DNA of 64,000 bases from Guillardia theta CCMP2712 (lineage: Eukaryota; Protista; Cryptophyta): the NCBI RefSeq assembly GCF_000315625.1, contig NW_005434595.1, positions 1-64,000 of the forward strand, written 5' to 3'. A program made the translations under genes and the position numbers. The notes below the pieces were generated by a model. That model searched no databases, was not told the DNA's origin, and worked only from the letters and a program-made list of their open reading frames with translations. Within the stretch, counting starts at the first letter, position 1; every line of letters begins with the position of its first letter. Positions 60,068 to 64,000 of the stretch are shown one piece after another.

Positions 60068-61983
60068 CATGAGCAGCATGGAAATGACTGCGGGTGATGA
60101 CGCCAGTGAAGGATCGGATTTCAAAGTGCTTGCGAAACTGAAGGAGGAGTCCGAAGGTGAGGCTGGCTGGGACAGTGCCAGTGCTTCCATGGCAACTAGC
60201 CTAGACAGTGCGATGCACTACTCGCAAGAAATCGCAAGAGAGAAGATTGGCCGAAACAGTAAACCTTCGATGGAAGCGGCCTCGACAGAAGCGATATACA
60301 ATGGCCACCACGGGATGTCCGAAGAGGATGTGAAGACTGCGCTGGACAACATCGACCAGATATTTCCCCAGAACCTTCATCTCAGTGAAAAGAAAAGCAG
60401 CTCTGGGTTGAAGAACCCGTCAGCTGACAAGCTTGAAAGTCTCGACAGCAGCTCGAGGCTCCTCAAGGATCGTCGAGGTCGGGTAGACAGCACTGCACGG
60501 CCTCAAGAGTTCTTTCGAGGGAAAGACTCAAAAAAGAAAAGGTTGAATGATGGACCAGATCTGGGTGAACCGAAGACCGTATCAGTGAACTTCGAGAAAT
60601 TCAAGTAATCAACATGTTCTTTTTTTGCGATCAGGGAGTGAGACGGTATTGCAGGAAACATCATATTAACTGCCCTGCATTGCGAGAGCGTTTAGACTCC
60701 GGTGCCATTGATGTTTCAACTGTGGATAGAGTTCAGAGGGAGTTTGCTCGACACGATAAGGTTCGCACGCTTTCAGCCTCCTCCTCGAGGCCTCACCTTG
60801 GTTTTCAGCTCTCGCAAGCTGAACTCAGCAGTCTACATGAACTAGTTGACAGGTGAGACTTGATTTTTTTTATCACTTCATGCAATCTAATCTGCACATA
60901 GGGCACAGGATTTTCATAGAAACAATGATTTGAAGGAAGCTCAGAAGCTGTACATGAAGGTTTCACTTGAATGTGCTCAACTTTCTTCGTCACATTTTTT
61001 GTGCTTTGAAGGTGCTGTTGAGCGATCCGCTTGATTGGGATAGTCTGTGCAACCTCGCTAAGATTTCCTTTGGAATGGGAGAATATGACAAGGTACTCAA
61101 TCCGAAATTTCCACAAGTACACAACGTGTCATTGATATATCGCCCTTTGACAGGCGAAAGAGCTGTTCGAAAAGGCTCTTGTGATTCGACCAGAGAGAGA
61201 CAAGACTATGTATTATCTTGGCCAAGTGCTTGTTCGGATTCATGCAAAGGGAGGAGATACGGACGAGCTGAAGCGTGCAATGGTCTTGTTCGAGCAGGTA
61301 CGTTGAGTGAACCAGTCTTTCCGGTTCCAACATGCGGAGAGTTGACGTGGAATCAGGTTGTCAACGGTTACAAAGGAGTGATCAAAGGCGACACATGCGA
61401 CCAATCGACCTACCACAACGCCATGGCGATGCTCGGATTGGTGCATCAGGAAGTTGGAGAGTTGGAGAAGGCAGAGGAGCTGTACCAGGTTCACATCTGT
61501 GCGACTTGATGTGCTTCGCCTGTTGACCTTGCGCTCAGCTCGTGCTGAAAGAAGTGCCCAATCACATCCTGACGCTGGATCATCGGTGAGGGATGAACGA
61601 GGATGAACTTTTTGTTCTGATACGAGGGACAGATGCGCTCTGAAGAGCCTCCGAGGGCTCAAGGACGAGGCTGCCAAGGATCACCTGCACGTCATCGAGC
61701 TCGATCCTGGACACACGAAGCGCGTCTGCCCGTACCTGGACAGCCTCTTCCCCAAAGACTCTGAGATCCTCCACCCGATCAACGACATCAAGGTGCGTCC
61801 TTACGGACTGAGTCGCCATGGGAACGTGTGAGCAGCCGGCTGACGCGAGTTCGCTGGCAGGAACGGTTCGAGAAGTTCGATCCTTCCTTCAACGAGGGCA
61901 CCAAGAAACGCTCGTGGCTCAAGTCAGCGCTACATGGCTTCAAGAAGAAGGTCAAAAGGATGATCCACCACAAGAAGACTTAG
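60068..61983 (+). CDS. TPR-repeat protein, multi-exon; start may lie further upstream
   Basis: DSLCNLAKISFGMGEYDK|AKELFEKALVIRP, TMYYLGQVL and AMAMLGLVHQEVGELEKAEELYQ. The last exon ends HHKKT* (TAG 61981-61983). Confidence 0.8.
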
Positions 61984-62658
61984 TCGCTGCTGTCGCGATT
62001 GATCAGCGATGTCTCGTAACCTTCTTTCCTGGCTCTGTGCGGACTGGCGGGGGAGGAGTTTGTCGTTATAGAGCATAGAGGGGTAAACTTCATCAGCGCA
62101 TGACGTCTCGTCCCCTTCCCTTCCCCATCCTTTGTGCCGTCCCTCACGCCCATTATCATTTCGATGCGACTCCCCAGGGCAGTCCCCAGGGTTTTATGTG
62201 TTGCGGGGAGGCGGATTTGTAATAGGGGAGGGAGGCAGGGGAGAGGGAGAGGAGGCAGGGGGGAGGGAGGAAGATTGGTGTGGGGGTGGGGGGCGGGACA
62301 AGGAGGACGGGGGTAAGGGAGGAACAAGTCGGAACGAGACGGGGGGAAGGAGTGAAAGGATTAACAAAGGGAAGGAGGTGGATATGACAAGGCGGGCAAG
62401 AAGCTAGTGAATTCTCAGGCAGCAAGGGGTGAGATAGATTGTAAGGGGAGACTGTGCCCTGGGAGGGAGAAGAAACCCAGCAACAAGACGAGAAGCAGCG
62501 GCAGCTGGTATGGAAGGGGAATGGAAGTCTTCATGAGATTACTCAGGTAGCTCGTTCACGTGAGAGGAGATAGGAGCAAGAAGGAGGGCAGGAGCCGCTC
62601 CTTTCGAGCACTCAACTGATGTTGAACTTTGTTGCTAACGGTATGGTCGAAGGTGGTG

Positions 62659-63536
62659 ATGTCGATAAATGGCCCAGCTCAGCTCACGTTGGTTGCCTTT
62701 TGCGGCATGTTTGCAGTAGCAGATGCATTCTGTGCAACATACAGCGCAAGGATCGTTCAAGATCGATGCCAGCCTCCTCCACTGGTCCGAAAGGATCAAA
62801 CACGCGTGGAAAAGAGCAATGTCTGGATTTCTAGACCAACCGCTAGCCCTATCTCAACTCTGCGATCATGTTCGTCACAAGAGAGGAGGAGTAAGGTTGC
62901 TCAGTCTACCATGAGCTGGATCAAGTCCGCCGTGATCGGACTGAACCTCTGCCCATGGGCGAAGTCGGCGCTGAGAGAAGGGCTGATTGATGTTCGCGTC
63001 TCACAAGCGACCGACGTCGCTTCTCTCATGGACGAGGTGGTTGGAAACATCAGGGAAATGGCAGACAGCGAGGGAAGGGAGACCAGGATCATTGTTACAG
63101 AGAGCTTGCTCGGCAACTTTGAAGACTACAACAAGATCGCCAACAAGATTGACAAGAGTGATCTCATTGACTGTTGTCCTGTTCTAGTCCTGAATTCGTT
63201 TCTTTGTAGAGATTGATCAGATGGAATGCAGAGGCATCATTCAGCTAGCCACGTTCCATCCTCAGTACCAGTTCGGCGATGCAGAAGAAGATGACGTGGA
63301 AAACTGGACCAACAGATCACCATATCCGATGTTTCATCTTCTGCGCGAGAACGAGATTGAGGACGGTGATTTTCCTGCAGATGAGGACTCGAGTTGTTGT
63401 TCTCTAACACACTCGCACAGCGTTGGACGGCTACGATGACCCCGACGAAGTCTGGCAACGGAACATCAAGACGGTCAAGGAGAAGGGAAAATGCTTCATG
63501 CAGCAGTTGTTGGAGAGGTCTGTGAAGCTTGTCTAA
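62659..63536 (+). CDS. DUF1415-family protein with bipartite plastid-type presequence, 3 exons
   Basis: WIKSAVIGLNLCPWAK, IQLATFHPQYQF, NWTNRSPYPMFHLLRE and DPDEVWQRNI. Signal peptide ends VADA-F; TAA at 63534-63536. Confidence 0.88.
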
Positions 63537-64000
63537 TCTGCCGCCGCACTTACTTTCTGTGTCTTGACCCGTTTGACTTGTTGTTTGCTATCAAGACGCT
63601 CTGTGTGTTTTGGAGCCGGGATCTCGTTGTGTTGATGTATTACTTGTCGTCGTGTGTCATTGGCGCCATCAATGGTGACTCGTACATGCCCGGCAGATGC
63701 AAACTTTAGGGCTCACAGTCAGTTACGGCGATCTCGGAAGAATATGCTGCAACTTGTCAGTCAACTTGATCGGATCGCTCTCTTTCCCAGACCGACTCTC
63801 TTCCTCCTCCCTCCCTCCCTCCCTCCCTCCCTCCCTCCCCTCCCTCCCCTCCCTCCCCTCCCCTCCCTCCCCTCCCTCCTGGCATTACCCTGGACTCCTT
63901 CTGCTCTTCTCACTCTCTCACATGTAAACTTGATGCAATGAAAATCGCAAACACTTCGTATTGAATCCGACAGAGTTTCACCGCTGCTTCTCAGCCTCTG

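Overview
Eukaryotic nuclear DNA with intron-rich genes, microsatellite-filled introns and six N gaps. Bipartite signal+transit presequences (two with an AF motif) and the gene style suggest an alga with a complex red plastid, probably a cryptophyte such as Guillardia; this is inference. About 20 protein genes can be supported: a spliced FRG-domain gene, a CHAT (caspase-like) gene, a head-to-head inverted pair of nearly identical intronless TKL kinases, a multi-thioredoxin PDI, a SPEC3/Stum-like membrane protein, three short intronless paralogs sharing a near-identical 3' cassette, a TPR+LRR protein, an HExxH metallopeptidase-like gene, a NEK kinase, a Mut-7/EXD3-like DEDDy exonuclease, a START/SRPBCC protein, a TPR protein, a DUF1415 protein and several orphans. 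There is one tRNA-Val(CAC). The most striking unexplained structure is non-coding: nine 0.4-1.5 kb GC-rich intergenic islands built from a small vocabulary of short words. Several carry a conserved AT-rich core (TGATTTTTAACTTAACTTTGAGTAAA) and most adjoin TACCCC/GGGGTA-rich zones upstream of gene starts. Two paralog sets show patchy homogenisation confined to coding sequence, resembling gene conversion. All exon structures were read by eye and boundaries are approximate.
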